A DNA stretch of 64,000 nt from the human T2T-CHM13v2.0 reference genome, Homo sapiens: NCBI RefSeq assembly GCF_009914755.1, contig NC_060928.1. One strand, 5' to 3'. Both the position numbers and the translations under genes were made by a program. This document shows positions 13,030 through 30,357 of this stretch, piece by piece. How positions within the stretch are numbered: position 1 is the stretch's first letter; each line of letters starts with the position of its first letter. Under the pieces are notes generated by a model that had not been told where the DNA came from, did not search any database, and was given only the letters and a program-made list of their open reading frames with translations.

Positions 13030-14896
13030 GGTTTTGTTTTTTTTTTTTTTTCCCATACTTTAAGTTCTGGGATACATGTGCAGAATGTGCAGGTTTGTTA
13101 CATAAGTATACACGTGCCATGGTGATTTGCTGGTCCCATGAACCCGTCACCTATATTAGGTATTTCTCCTAATGCTATCCCTCCCCTAGCCCCCCACCCC
13201 ACCCCTCGACAGTCTCCAGTGTGTGATGTACCCCTCCCCCTGCGTCCATGTGTTCTCATTGTTCACCTCCCACTTATGAGTGAGAACATGCAGTGTTTGG
13301 TTTTCTGTTCTTGTGTTAGTTTGCTGAGAATGATGCTTTCCAGCTTCATCCACGTCCCTGCAAAAGACATGAACTCATCCCTTTTTATGGCTGCATATGG
13401 TGTATATGTGCCACATTTTCTTTATCCAGTCTATCATTGATGGGCATTTGGCTTGGTTCCAAATCTTTGCTATTGTGAACAGTGCTGCAATAAACATATG
13501 GTATGCATGTGTCTTTATAGTAGAATGATTTATAATCCTTTCGGTATATACCCAGTAAAGGGATTGCTGGGTCAAGTGGTATTTTTGGTTCTAGATCCTT
13601 TAGGAATCGCCATACTGTCTTCCACAATGGTTGAACCAATTTACACTCCCACCAATAGCATAAAAGCATTCCTATTTCTCCACATCCTCTCCAGCATCTG
13701 TTGTCTCCTGACTTTTTAATGATCACCATTCTAACTGGCATGAGATGGTATCTCATTGTGGTTTTGATTTGCATTTCTCTAATGACCAGTAATGATGAGC
13801 TTTTTTTCATATGTTTGTTGGCCACATAAATGTCTTCTTATGAAAAGTGTCTGTTCATATCTTTTGCCCACTTTTTGATGGGGTTTTTTTTTCTTGTAAA
13901 TTTGTATAAGTTATTTATAGATTCTGGATATTAGCCCTTTGTCAGATGGATAGATTGCAAAAATTTTCTCCCATTCTGTAGGTTGCCTGTTCACTCTAAT
14001 GATCGTTTCTTTTGCTGTGCAGAAGCTCTTTAATTTAGTTAGATCCCATTAGTCAATTTTGGCTTTTGTTGCCATTGCTTTTGGTGTTTTTTTCATGAAG
14101 TCTTTGCCCACGCCTATGACCTGAATGGTATTGCCTAGGTTTTCTTCTAGGGTTTTTATGGTTTCAGGTGTTATGTTTAAGTCTTTAATCCATCTTGAGT
14201 TAATTTTTGTATAAGGTGTAAGGAAGGAGTCCAGTTTCAGTTTCCTGCATATGGCTAGCCAGTTTTCCCAAGACCATTTATTAAATAGGGAATCCTTTCC
14301 CCATTGCTTTTTTTTGTCAGGTTTGTCAAAAATCAGATGGTTGTAGATGTGTGACATTACTTCTGAGGCCTCTGTTCTGTTCCATTAGTCTGTATACCTG
14401 TTTTGATACCAGTACCATGCTGTTTTGGTTACTGTAGCTTTGTAGTATAGTTTCAAGTCAGGTAGCCTGATGCCTCCAGCTTTATTCTCTTTGCTTAGGG
14501 TTGTCTTGGCTATGCAGGCTCTTTTTTAGTTTCATATTAATTTTAAAGTAGGTTTTTCTAATTCTGTGAAGAATGTCAATGGTAATTTAATGGAAACAGC
14601 AGTGAATCTATAAATTACTTTGGGCAGTATGGCCATTTTCACAATATTGATTCTTCCTGTCCACAAGCATGGAATGTTTTTCCATTTGTTTGTGTCCTCT
14701 CTTATTTCCTTGAGCAGTGGTTTGGAGTTCTCCTTGAAGAGGTACGTCACACCCCTTGTAAGTGGTATTCCTAGGTATTTTAGTCTCTTTGTAGCAATTG
14801 TGAATGGGAGTTCACTCATGATTTGGCTCTCTGTTTGTCTGTTGTTGGTGTACAGGGATGCTTTTGATTTTTGCACGTTGATTTTGTATCCTGAGA
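13030..14896 (-). mobile_element. L1PA7-like, 3' portion
   Basis: Poly(T), ATTAGGTATTTCTCCTAATGCTATCCCTCCCCTAGCCCCCCA, ORF2 C-terminal fragments on the minus strand. Confidence 0.93.
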
Positions 14897-16017
14897 TGTT
14901 GGGGGAAATCAGGGACCCCGAACAGAGGGACTGGCTGAAGCCATGGCAGAAAAACATAAATTGTGAAGATTTCATGGACACTTATTAGTTCCCCAAATTA
15001 ATACTTTTATAATTTCTTATGCCTGTCTTTACCGCAATCTCTGAACATAAATTGTGAAGATTTCATGGACACTTATCACTTCCCCAATCAATACCCTTGT
15101 GATATCCTATGCCTGTCTTTATTTTAATCTCTTAGTACCATCATCTTCGTAAGCTGAGGAGGATGTATGTCGCCTCAGGACCCTGTGATGATTGTGTTAA
15201 CTGCACAAATTGTTTGTAGAGCATGTGTGTTTGAACAATATGAAATTTGGGCACCTTGAAAAAAGAACAGGATAACAGCAATATTCAGGGAACAAGAGAG
15301 ATAACCTTAAACTCTGACTGCCGGTGAGCTGGGCAGAACAGAGCCATATTTCTCTTCTTTCAAAAGCAAATGGGAGAAATATCACTGAATTCTTTTTCTC
15401 AGCAAGGAACGTCCCTGAGAAAGAGAATGCATCCCTGATGGTAGGCCTCTTTGGGAAATGAAATGGCTGCTTTGGGAAAGTCTATCTTCTATGGTTGCAG
15501 CTGTAGGGATGAAATAAATTCCAGTCTCCCATAGTGCTCCCAGACTTATTAGGATGAGGAAATTCCCACCTAATAAATTTTGGTCAGACCGCTTGTCTGC
15601 TCTCAAACTCTGTCTCCTGATGAGATGTTATCAATGGCAATGCATGCCCTAAACTTCATTAGCAATTTTAATTTCACCGTGGTCCTGTGGTCCTGTGATC
15701 TCACCCTGCCTCCATTTACCTTGTGATATCTTATTACCTTGTGAAGCATGTGATCTCTGTGACTCACACCCTATTCGTACACTCCCTCCCCTTTTGAAAA
15801 TCACTAATAAAAACTTGCTGGTTTTACAGCTCAGGGGGCATCACAGAACCTGCCAACATGTGATGTCTCCCCTGGACACCCAGCTTTAAAATTTCTCTCT
15901 TTTGTACTCTGTCCCTTTATTTCTCAGACCAGCCAACACTTAGAGAAAATAGAAAAAAACCTACATGAAATATCAGGGGTGAATTTCACCTGATATCTGG
16001 CTGAATTTCCCCCGATA
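14897..16017 (+). mobile_element. MER11 (MER11A-like) solo LTR of HERV-K(HML-8)
   Basis: Starts TGTTGGGGGAAATCAGGGACCCCGAAC, ends GAATTTCCCCCGATA, 1121 bp; exact 6-bp TSD CTGAGA 14891-14896 / 16018-16023. Confidence 0.92.
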
Positions 16018-16260
16018 CTGAGACATTGCTGAAGCTGCTTATCAGCTTAAGGAGATTCTAGGCTGAGACAATGGGGTTTTCTAAATATACAATCATGTCA
16101 CCTGCAAACAGAGACAATTTGACTTCTTCTCTTTCTATTTGAATACGCTTTATTTCTTTCTCTTGCCTGATTGCCCTGGCCAGAATTTCCAATACTATGT
16201 TGAATAGGAGTGGTGAGAAAGGGCATCCTTGTCTTGTGCCAGTTTTCAAATGGAATGCTT
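16018..16260 (-). mobile_element. L1PA7-like, 5' portion (RT region, truncation end)
   Basis: [20 protein letters not shown]...LFAGDMIVY; collinear with 14896; TSD AAGCTGGTATCTT 12993-13005 / AGGCTGATATCTT 16262-16274. Confidence 0.92.
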
Positions 16261-16261
16261 A

Positions 16262-16411
16262 AGGCTGATATCTTCATCCTGCTTGTGATAGCTCTTGAGT
16301 CAGAAGACCAGTTAAGATTTCTGACCCATGGAAACAGAGATAATCCATGTTGTTGTTTTATGCCACCAAGTTGTGGGCTAATTTGTAACACAGAGATAGA
16401 TAACTAATACA
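16262..16411 (+). mobile_element. MLT1F-like LTR, 3' part
   Basis: TTCTGACCCATGGAAAC.GAGATAAT...GATAGATAACTAATACA MaLR terminus. Confidence 0.75.
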
Positions 16412-17121
16412 TCTTTACTGGCACTGAAGTTATATTATATATTATATATGTAATATGATATTAATATATTATATATAATATTATATATTGAGAGCAGAGG
16501 CAGAATGTGCTGTTGTCTCAAGACATGAAAACAATTTCCACAGGAATTGGCAAATGGCCTCATTGCACCTCTGTTCTAAATGTGGTGATAACATAAGTAA
16601 GGATGTGTCTTCCCTTTTTATCTTAAATACATAGGATTAACAAAACTGACCAAACTTTAAGGTGATTTGGAATGACTTTTAATTACATGAGATATTTCTG
16701 ACTGCTTGGAAATGGTTCGCTATGGACTAGAGAATATGCATACATCTCAGAATAAAATATGTTTGGAGCTTGAAATAGGAATTATTTCACAATATGATAT
16801 CTCCCTCTGCAAAACTCATTTATATTGATGGAACCACCATTTTAAAAAATCAGAAAAAGAGGTAATAAGGTCATTTCATCCATTCCATTTCTGCTTTCTT
16901 CATTTTCACCCAGTATTATATTTTTTCCTCTTTAGTAGCTGCAAAACATGGACTATAAATAAAGTATACAAAAAGATGTATGTCAATAAAATAGAAAGTA
17001 TTTGAAGGAAACTTAAAAGAAAGGGCCTTGTTAAAATTTGGGGCCAGGATGCACCAAATCCTATGAAATCAAAATACATTCATAAATTTTAGGATCTGTT
17101 AGAAACTCCCTGCATTTCTAA

Positions 17122-17316
17122 GGCTGGGCACAGTGGTTCATGCCTGTAATTCCCAGCACTTTAGGAGGCCAAAGCAGATGGATTGCTTGAGCTCAAGAGC
17201 TTAAGACAAGCCTGGGCAACATGGCAAGATCCCATCTCTTTCTCTCTCTCAATCTCTCTCTCTCTCTCTGTATGCATGTATATAAATATATATATAATAT
17301 ATATATAATATATATT
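17122..17316 (+). mobile_element. Alu left monomer (FLAM-like) with (TC)n(TA)n tail
   Basis: GGCTGGGCACAGTGGTTCATGCCTGTAAT...GGCAACATGGCAAGATCCCATCTCT. Confidence 0.85.
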
Positions 17317-17369
17317 TAAAAACTGCATTTTTACTCTATCAATACCTATATTCCCAAATTTAATTCAAG

Positions 17370-17580
17370 AAAATTAGGTAGATACCCAAATGAAGTGAAG
17401 ATAGGCAGTTGGATATAAGAGTCTAGAGCTCAGGAGAAGGGTTCAGGCTGGATGAGAGCTCCAAGGGAGTGGTAGAGATAAAGAAGAAAAGAGCCTCAAG
17501 GCTATAGACTGATAAGCTCCAGTATTAGGATGGTGAGAAGAAAAGGAGCAACTCACAAAGAAAACTAAGGAAGTCTGGCT
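17370..17580 (-). mobile_element. L2 fragment
   Basis: AGGCAGTTGGATATAAGAGTCTAGAGCTCAGGAGA. Confidence 0.6.
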
Positions 17581-17779
17581 CAGTCTCATTCAAAGCAGCC
17601 TTCACTGGGAGGAGTAGAACATTCCTACTGACTCCTAAAGATTGTGTCCTTGGTTTTTCCTATCCTCTCTGCATGCTCCCACTCTTACTTATCTCATTTA
17701 GCCCTATGTCCATTAAACATTCATCCTCATGAAAATTACTCCAAACTCTGTCTCTATTCCTACCTTCGGGACAGCTTTA

Positions 17780-18180
17780 CCTGGCTATCTATACCCAGGT
17801 AGTGTCTCAGTGAAACATGTCCCAAATCAAACTAATCATCTTAAATCTCCACAGAGATGCCATCTTCTCCTGAGACTTCCCTTGAGCAATTTTGATGTGA
17901 TCTTCTCCTAAAACGCTTCCCTTGAACAATTTATCTATAAAAGCCTTCTACCCTTTCCCCCAAACATTCTCTATCTCCTTAGGTTGTTTTATTTTTGGTA
18001 ACAGTATTTCCTAATACTCAACATTATATTATGAATTTTCGTCTTTGTTAATTCTCTCTATTGCTCTAAAATAGATGCCCTGTGAGGACAGGGATTTAGA
18101 TTCTTGCATTCCTTGATGTATCCTCAGCTCCTAAAATGGTCTCTGGCCAAAGTAAGGGCTCAATAAATACTTCCTGATTC
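17780..18180 (+). mobile_element. L2 fragments including 3' end
   Basis: TGAGGACAGGGATT...GTATCCTCAGCTCCTAAAA...GCTCAATAAATA. Confidence 0.6.
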
Positions 18181-18243
18181 TGATTTTTTTAAGCTTCTCA
18201 TTACTAGATTTTAAAAATTAAACTTACAATTTTGGAGCCCAGG

Positions 18244-20160
<1,917 letters not shown>

Positions 20161-20176
20161 AAAAAGTCAAACTCAT

Positions 20177-20805
<629 letters not shown>

Positions 20806-22060
20806 TGAATAGATTTATTATTTTGAGATAATTTTAGATTCACTTGCAGTTGTAAAAAAAAATAATAACACAGAGGAACCCAATGTGCCCATTACAGTTT
20901 CTCCCAATGATAACATCTGTCTGTTTAACCATTCAGCCACTGAAGGACAGGTCCTCTAGGTTTATCCACGTAGTCACAAATGGCAGGGTTTTCTTTTTTA
21001 AGACTGAATAACATTTTGTAAAAAATATATTCATCCATCCATCCATGAACATTAGGTTAATTCCATTTGTGACTACTGTAAATAGCGCTGCAGGGAACAT
21101 GGGAGTGCAGATATCTCTTGGACTTACCGATTTCATGTGTAAGCTGTGTTCCAGTTTGGGCTATTTCAAATAAAGGTGCTATAAATATTTGTGTACATGT
21201 GTCTGTATAAATGTAAGTCTTCATTTATCTTGGATAAAACGCCCAAAACTACAATTACTTCGTTGAATAGTAATTCTGTGTTTAATTCTTTTTGGAAACT
21301 CAAATTGTTTTCCAGAGTGGCATACCACTTTACATTCCTACCAGCAATGTATAAATGCTTCATTTTCTCTGCATCCTGTCCAGCATGTTATATTTTCACT
21401 ATTTTTAATTTTAGTTATTCTGATAAGTGTGTGGTGATAGCTCATTGCGGTTTTAACTTGCATTTCTCTAAAAGCTAATGTTGTTCAGCATCTTTCCATG
21501 TGTTTATTTTCTGTCTGTATATCCACTTGGATGAAATATTTATGTCTTTTTCTTATTTTCTAATTAAACTGTTTGGGTTTTTTTTTGTTTTTTTTTTTTA
21601 CTGTTGAATTATCAGAGTTCCTTGTATATTTGAAATACTAGCCTTTTCTTGAATATGTGGTTTGCAAACGTTTTTAGCTCATCTCCTCTACTTGATAGGG
21701 TCTTCCACAGAGCAAAAGTTTTTATTGATAAAGTCCAATTTATCAATTCTCCTTTTATGAATTATGCTTTTGGTCTTCCATCTAAGAACTCTTTGTAGCT
21801 CTAGATCCTGGAGGTTTTCTCCTATATTCTTTTTTTCTATAATTTTTATAGTTTTACATTTAAGCCCATGATCCATTTTGACATAATTTTTTTATAAGGT
21901 GTGAGACTTAGGTCAAGATTCACTTTTTTTGCTTATGGATGTCCAATTGCTCTAGCACCATTTGCTGAGAAAGCTCTTTCCTGCATTGAATTTCTTTTAG
22001 ACCTTTGTAAATATCAACCGAATATTTTTTGGGGGGGGTCTACTTCTGGGTTCTCTATTC

Positions 22061-22575
22061 CAAGGTTCCCCGCCCCACAGCCCATTAGGAACCCAGCCAC
22101 ACAGCAGGAGGTGAGCAGCAGGCCAACAAGTGAAGCTTCATCTGTATTTACAGCCACTCCCCATCGCTTGCTTGCATTACCACCTGAGCTCCACCTCCTA
22201 TCAGATCAGCCAAGGCATTAGATTCTCAAAGGAGCACGAACCCTATTGTGAACTGTGCATGTGAGGGATCTAGGTTGCATGCTCCTTATGAGAATCTAAT
22301 GCCTGATGGTCTGTCATTGTCTCCCATCACACTCAGATAGGAACGTCTAGCTGCAGGGAAACAAGCTTAGGTCTCCCGCTGATTCTACATTATGGTGAGT
22401 TGTATAATTACTTCATTATCTATTACAATGTAATAATAATAGAAATAAAGTGCACAATAAATGTAATGTGCTTGAATCACCCCAAAACCATCCCTGTACC
22501 TCACCCCCATGGTCCATAGAAAAACTGTCTTCCACAAAACCCATCCCTGGTACCAAAAAGGCTGGGAAACCACTG
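22061..22575 (+). mobile_element. MER1A hAT-Charlie DNA transposon
   Basis: CACAGCAGGAGGTGAGC...GCTCCTTATGAGAATCTAATGCCTGATG...; 8-bp TSD CTCTATTC 22053-22060 / CGCTATTC 22576-22583. Confidence 0.9.
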
Positions 22576-23522
22576 CGCTATTCTGTTCCCGCCATCTGTG
22601 TGTCTATCCCTCCACAATACCACACAGTCTTGATTACTGTAGCTATATAATAAGTCTTGAAATCAAGTATGGCTATTATACCTCCTCCCATTGTGCTCTT
22701 ATTTTTTAGAAATGGTTTTAGCTATTGTATTTCTTTTGCCTTTCCACATGAATTTTAGAATAATGTTGTCTATGTCTATTAAAAATCTTGCTGATATTTT
22801 CATAGGAATTGCATTAAATCTGTGTATCAATTTGGGGAGAATTGACATCTTTGCTATGTTGAGTCTTATAGTCCATAAACATGTCACAACTCTTGTTTAT
22901 TTAGATCTTCTTAGATTTCTTTCAGAGTTCTATAGTTTTCAGCATACAAGCCCTGTATACATTTTGTTATATTTATACCTAAAAGTTCCTCTGCCTTTCT
23001 CTTTGATTTTAAATGGTATTACATTTTTGAATATTACATTTTGAACATTTTTATGTTCTTTAATATGTTTTGCATATTATCTTAAGTTTTGTGACATTGA
23101 TGAATTCACCTGTTATTTTTGGAAGTTTTTTTTGGTAAATATCTTGGCATTTCTATGTAGACAGACATATCATTTGCAAATAAGAACAGTTTTATTCCTT
23201 CCCTATGGTCTGTATGTCTGTTTCCTTTCCTTGCTTTATTGCACTGGCTACAACCTCCAACATTAAGTTTTATTAGAGTAGTGAGAGTGGACTTCCTTTA
23301 TTAAATAAGTTTTGCAACTGTATATCAATGAGGAATATTAGTCTGTAGTTTTCTTTTCATGTATGATATTTTTCTGCTTTGGATATCAAGATAACACCAG
23401 CTTCATAAAATGAACTGGGAAGTAATCCTTCCTCTTCTATTGTGTGGAGAGATTTTACAGAATTGGTATTGATTTTCCTTTAAAGTTTGGTAGAATTCTC
23501 CAGTGAAACAATCTGGGCCTAG

Positions 23523-23834
<312 letters not shown>

Positions 23835-25122
23835 AGGCCTAGAGATTTCTTTGGGGAAAATTTTAAATTACAAATTCAATTTCCTTAATAGTTATAGAGC
23901 TGTTCAAATTATCTATTTCATATTGGATGACTTATGGTAGTTGGTGTTTTTTGAGGAGTTGGTCCATTTTATCTAAATTTACCAAGTTATATCAACATAA
24001 TGTCAAATCTGCCACCAACCAACATCAAGTTTATGTTTGTAGAGATGCTCCAAGTATTCTCTTATTATTCTTTTCAGGTCCGTAAGGTCTGTAGTGATAT
24101 TTTGTTTCATTCCTGATGTTGGTAATTTGTATCTTCTTTTTTTCGTTGTCAGTCTTGCTAGCAGTTTGTAAACATGCTTGACCTTTGCTAAGGCCCAGCA
24201 ATTTCTTTCATTGGTTTTCTACATTTTTTTCTGTTTTCAATTTCATCAATTTCTGCTCTTCTTTTTATTATTTCTTTCCCTCTCCTTGCTTTGGATTTAG
24301 TTTTCTCTTCTTTACCTAGGTTCTTGAGATGATAGCTTATATTATTTATTTAACACGTTTGTTATTTTCTAATATATGCATTTAGTGCTATAAGTTTCCC
24401 CCCCAGCACTGCTTAACTGTGTCCTATAAATTCTGGTGTGTTGTTTCTATTTTCATTCAGTTCAATGTATTTTATTTCCCTTGAGACTTCTTTTTTGATC
24501 CACGAATTATTTAGAAGTGTGTTGTTTCCAAGTGTTTGGAGATTTTTTTATCTTTTCTAGTGTGATTCTTTTGTGGTCATAGAACACACTGTATAATTAC
24601 AATTTGCTTAAATTTTTTGAGGTTTGTTTTATGGCCCAGGATATTGTTGATCTTGGTATATATCCCATGAGCACTTTAAAACAAGAGGCATTCTGCTATA
24701 GATAGGTGGAATGTATTATAAACACTCAATAGATGTTGTTAGTTGATGCTGGTGTTGAGTTCTTCAATATCCTTGCTAATTTTATGTCTAGTTGTTATAT
24801 AAATTGTTGAGAGTGTTGAAGTCACCAACCATAACTATGGACTTATCTATTTCACCTTTCTCTTCACATGTTTTATAACTCTGTTGCATACACATTTAGG
24901 CTATGAATTGTGCGTGGATTGGCCCTTTTGTCATTATATAATGTTCCTTTATGTCTCCAATAATTTTCTTTGCTCTGAAGTCCACTTTATATGATGTTAA
25001 AATAGCCACTTCTGCTTTCCTTTAATTAGTGTGTACATGATATAACTGTTTCCATCTTTTTGCTTTCCACTGGCCTATATCTTTATATTTAAAGTGAGTT
25101 TCTTTTAGCTTCTTGGCATATG

Positions 25123-25466
25123 TTGATGCTCCTCAGCTTATTATGTTCTGATAAACCCATCATAAGTTGAAAATATTCCAGGTCAAAAATACTTTAATAA
25201 ATGTAACCTACTGAACATCATAGCTTATCCTAGCCTACCTTAAACATGCTCAGAACACTTACATTTGCCCACAGTTGGGCAAAATCATCTAACACGAAGT
25301 CTATTTATAATAAAGTGCTCAATAGGTCATGTAATCTGTACTGAAAGTGAAAAACAGAATGATTGTATAGGTACTCAAAGTATGGTTTCCACTGAATTAC
25401 TACTGCTTCACACCATTGTAGAGTGAAAAAATTATAAGTCGAACCATTATAAGTTGGGACCATCTG
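25123..25466 (+). mobile_element. MER47A-like TcMar-Tigger element
   Basis: GATGCTCCTCAGCTTA...GATAAACCCATCATAAGTTGAAAATA...TAAGTTGGGACCATCTG followed by TA. Confidence 0.8.
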
Positions 25467-25601
25467 TAGCTGAGCCTTATTTAATTCACTCCACCGATCT
25501 CTCTTTTATTTGGTCTATTAGGACCATTTACGTTTAAGGTAATTAATGTTTATGCATAAGTGTGCCATTTTAACTTTTGTTTTGTTTGATGTCTATTTTT
25601 C

Positions 25602-26103
<502 letters not shown>

Positions 26104-26459
26104 TGAGTTAAACATATTTTAGAATTCAAATTTGATGTGCCTATAGAATTTTTTACTTTTATCTAAATATTGCTTTTTTAGTGGTTGCTCTATGTATTAC
26201 CTTATATTAATAGGTAGAATAATAGGTAATATATATACAGAAGACATTCTACAGGTGTTGTCGTTTTATCAGTCCGAATGAGGTATAGAAACTTACTTCT
26301 CTTTATATTCCTTTATCCTTCCTCCTTTATAGTATAATTATTGTAACAATTTCCTCTACATTTAAAACCACAGTAGACAACATTATGCTTTTGCTTTCAC
26401 CACCAAATATATTTTAGAAAGCTCAAGGGAAGAAGAAGAAGAGAAGAAGCTCTATCTCC

Positions 26460-26815
26460 AGTCTGGAGTGCAGTGGCGCTATCTCAAGTGATTCTCCTGC
26501 CTCAGCCTCCCGAGTAGCTGGGATTATGTGCCACTATGCCCAGCTAATTTCTGCATTTTTAATAGAGACGGGGTTTCACCATGTTGGCCAGGTTGGTCTC
26601 GATCTCTTGACCTCGTGATCCGCAGGCCTTAGCCTTCCAAAGTGCTGAGATTACAGGTGTGAGCCACCACGCCCGGCTAATTTTTTGTATTTTTAGTAGA
26701 GACGGGGTTTCACTGTGTTAGCCAGGATGGTCTCAATCTCCTGACCTCGTGATCCGCAGGCCTCAGCCTCACAAAGTGCTGAGACTGAGATTACAGGCTG
26801 AGCCACCGCCTCCAA
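26460..26815 (-). mobile_element. Rearranged Alu fragments (deleted right arm plus two left arms)
   Basis: Two successive left-arm sequences, each containing GATCCGCAGGCCT. Confidence 0.85.
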
Positions 26816-26837
26816 CTGTCCTTTTGTATTTTCTTCC

Positions 26838-27141
<304 letters not shown>

Positions 27142-27560
27142 TGTCCTTTCGTATGTACATGGAGACTTTATTACATAGATATGATTGATTACATCATTGG
27201 CCTTTGGTTACCAAGTCAACCTTCAACCCCTCCTCTCCCTTCCCTGGAGGTTGGGGGGTGGGGCTAAAAGTTCCAACCCTCCAATCTCATGACTAGTTTT
27301 CCCAGCAGTGAGCCCCACATTTTCTGTTTTCTGCAGGCTTTCCAAAAATCACCTTGTTAACATAAATTCAGGTGTGGTTGAAAGGAGTTTGTTATGAATA
27401 ACAAAAAATACATCTTTTACCTGCTTGGGAGTTGTTTCAGGAACAAGTGACAAAAGGCCAAATACTTTAACAAGAATACTCCTATTGCTTCAGTTACTCA
27501 GGATTTTACAAATGTTTTAGGAGCTCTGAGCCAGGAACTGTAAATAAAAACCAAATTATA
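27142..27560 (-). mobile_element. MER21-like LTR fragment
   Basis: GGAGGTTGGGGGGTGGGGCTAAAAGTTCCAACCCTC...CAGGTGTGGTTGAAAGG...TTTTAGGAGCTCTGAGCCAGGAAC. Confidence 0.7.
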
Positions 27561-27562
27561 TA

Positions 27563-28077
<515 letters not shown>

Positions 28078-29409
28078 TATGCTTTATTGTATCACAGTAT
28101 CATGCTTACTGTGTTTTTTTCTTCCTTCTTGATGATTCAGGGTTTCTTCTTTTATGGTTCCCTTTCTGCTCAGAGAAGTTCAGTTTGCTATCCTTTTAGG
28201 GCAGGTATGCTAATGACAAATTATCTTCATTTTACTTTGAGAATGTTTTGATTTCTGTTTCATTCCTGAGGATATTTTTGCTGGGACTATGAGTCTCGGT
28301 CGACAGTTTTTTTCTTTCAGCATTTGGAAAACGTTGTGCCACTTTCTTCTAGCCTCCATGGTTTCTGATGAGAAATACATCGTCATTTGATTTGTTTTCC
28401 CCTCAGGTAAGGTTTTGTTTCCCTCTCACTACTTTCAAGGTATCCTTCTTTGTCTTTAATTTTTAGAAGTTTGATATGATGTGTCTTGGTGTGATTTTTT
28501 TTTTTAACTTACCCTGTTTGGGGTTCACTGAGCTTCTTGCAACTGTTAAATTATATATTTTGTCAAATTTAGGAAGTGTTCAGCCACTATTTCTTCAAGT
28601 AATTTTTCAGCCCCATCTTTTTCATCTCTCTTCAGAACTCTGATGACGTGAATGTTAGGCCTTTTGTTATAGTTTGACCAGTTTTAATGTAAGAAACGTC
28701 ATTCTAATAAAGTGCAAGGATGGAGTTTACCATTTTTCTTATAGTTACAGCCAGGCACTGCTGCCAGCATATATACAAAAAGAAATCTGTGCCCACTGTG
28801 AATCTATTTTTCTCACAATCCAGTGACCTTCTATTAGAGCTCCCATATCCCTCCCATATTAAAGGCAGGCAGGGACTTCACAGCATTTAATGGGTTCTTT
28901 ATCTCCTAAAGAAAAATTTACAAAAGAGGTATAGCAAAGGCAAAATGAAATTTGGAATAATGGAAATAATTTTTAGAGAAAAAGGTCAAAAGTGGTAAAA
29001 AGATTAAATATAGTGCATTGTTAAAAGGCTGGCTCTGAACATAATACTCCCTCAAAGAGGCTTGAAGAGAAATCAAATGGTGTTCAAAATTCCCAATACA
29101 GCCTTCACAACAGTGCTTTCCACTTGATTAATAGCTAGAAAGCCCTCTTATGCAAGCAGTTTGAACCTCCCTTATTGAATACAGTGCTTACAACTAAACA
29201 ATTTATTCATGTTTACAAAGATGACCACGTCCTTCACTTACATAAGCTCTGTTCCCTGCATTTGTGGGTTTGTGCCATTGCTGCTTCTTGATTGACAAGC
29301 GCAGAGACTAGTGGACTCTCCTGGACCATAACATAGAGTGCCCTCCAAACCAAAGTGCTTCTAAAACCCCCTGAACTTCCTCTGTGTTAACAATTTTCAC
29401 ATTTTGCTG

Positions 29410-29730
29410 ATAGTCCCCCTTGAACATCTGTCTCCCCATATTGACCCTGTGTTCTGTGAGGTCTGATGCAAATCCCATCTTTTTTACTGAGCCCCAGTGT
29501 CTGGCACATAGGGGACACTTAATAAATGTTTTGTCTAATAAATTTGTGAATGAACAAGATCTCTCTGTACATATAGAAAAAGATCTATGCACTCCAAACT
29601 CTATACATTCATTCATTCAGTCATTTATTTTGAAAGGTTTTTACTGAATGTCTCCTATGTGCCAGGTGAGGTGCCAGACACTGAAAGTATAAGAAAAAAA
29701 AGAATGTGATTTATTTTCCAATGAGGAACT
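29410..29730. mobile_element. Two tail-to-tail L2 3' ends
   Basis: CTGGCACATAGGGGACACTTAATAAATGTT (+) and CATTCATTCATTCAG...CTATGTGCCAGG (-). Confidence 0.6.
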
Positions 29731-29788
29731 CTCATGTCAGACCTGTGCTCCCAAATATTGGCTTGAGCTCCCACATGTGCCCCTAGAT

Positions 29789-29912
29789 CAGGGACTGGAA
29801 AACCTGACCACTTCCTTCTTTTGTAAATAAAGTTTTGTTCATGCTACAATGACCTGCAATGCTTAAAATACTTAATCTCTCTCTCTGTATAGGAAAATTT
29901 TACCAATCCCTG
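29789..29912 (+). mobile_element. Internally deleted MER58A-like hAT element
   Basis: CAGGG...CCCTG termini, TTTTGTAAATAAAGTTTT core, 8-bp TSD CCCTAGAT / CCCTAAAT. Confidence 0.7.
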
Positions 29913-30357
29913 CCCTAAATCACAAATTGCAGAATATCATGTGGATATACCCTCTGCTTGCCTGGAAATACCTGCAGTGTCAAACAGACAAGGTCATGGC
30001 TCAATCCTTTAGCCAACACTTGCAGTCAATTTTATTGGGGGATATTAAATTAATAGACAAAATATAAGCATTTGCCACCCCCCAAAATCTTCAGATCACA
30101 TATCACTCACTGCTAATCAAAGCCCATAGTTTTATTGCAATGTGTTCTATCTGCATTTAAACTCACAGAATGGAGACAACCAAAGGTGGTCTGCAGTCAG
30201 CATTCAGGACAATTGTTTGGGCTCCATCACTTAGTAGTGGGGAATACTTTATGTCTAGGCACATGCAATATACAGCTCACATTCCATTGACCTTGAAGTC
30301 AGAGCATGTTTGGAATGTTTAAGGAACAGCCAGGGGTTCAACATGGCTGGAAGAGAG

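Noticed and set aside
14952-15120. Direct repeat AACATAAATTGTGAAGATTTCATGGACACTTA
   Set aside because: Part of the MER11 consensus as I recall it
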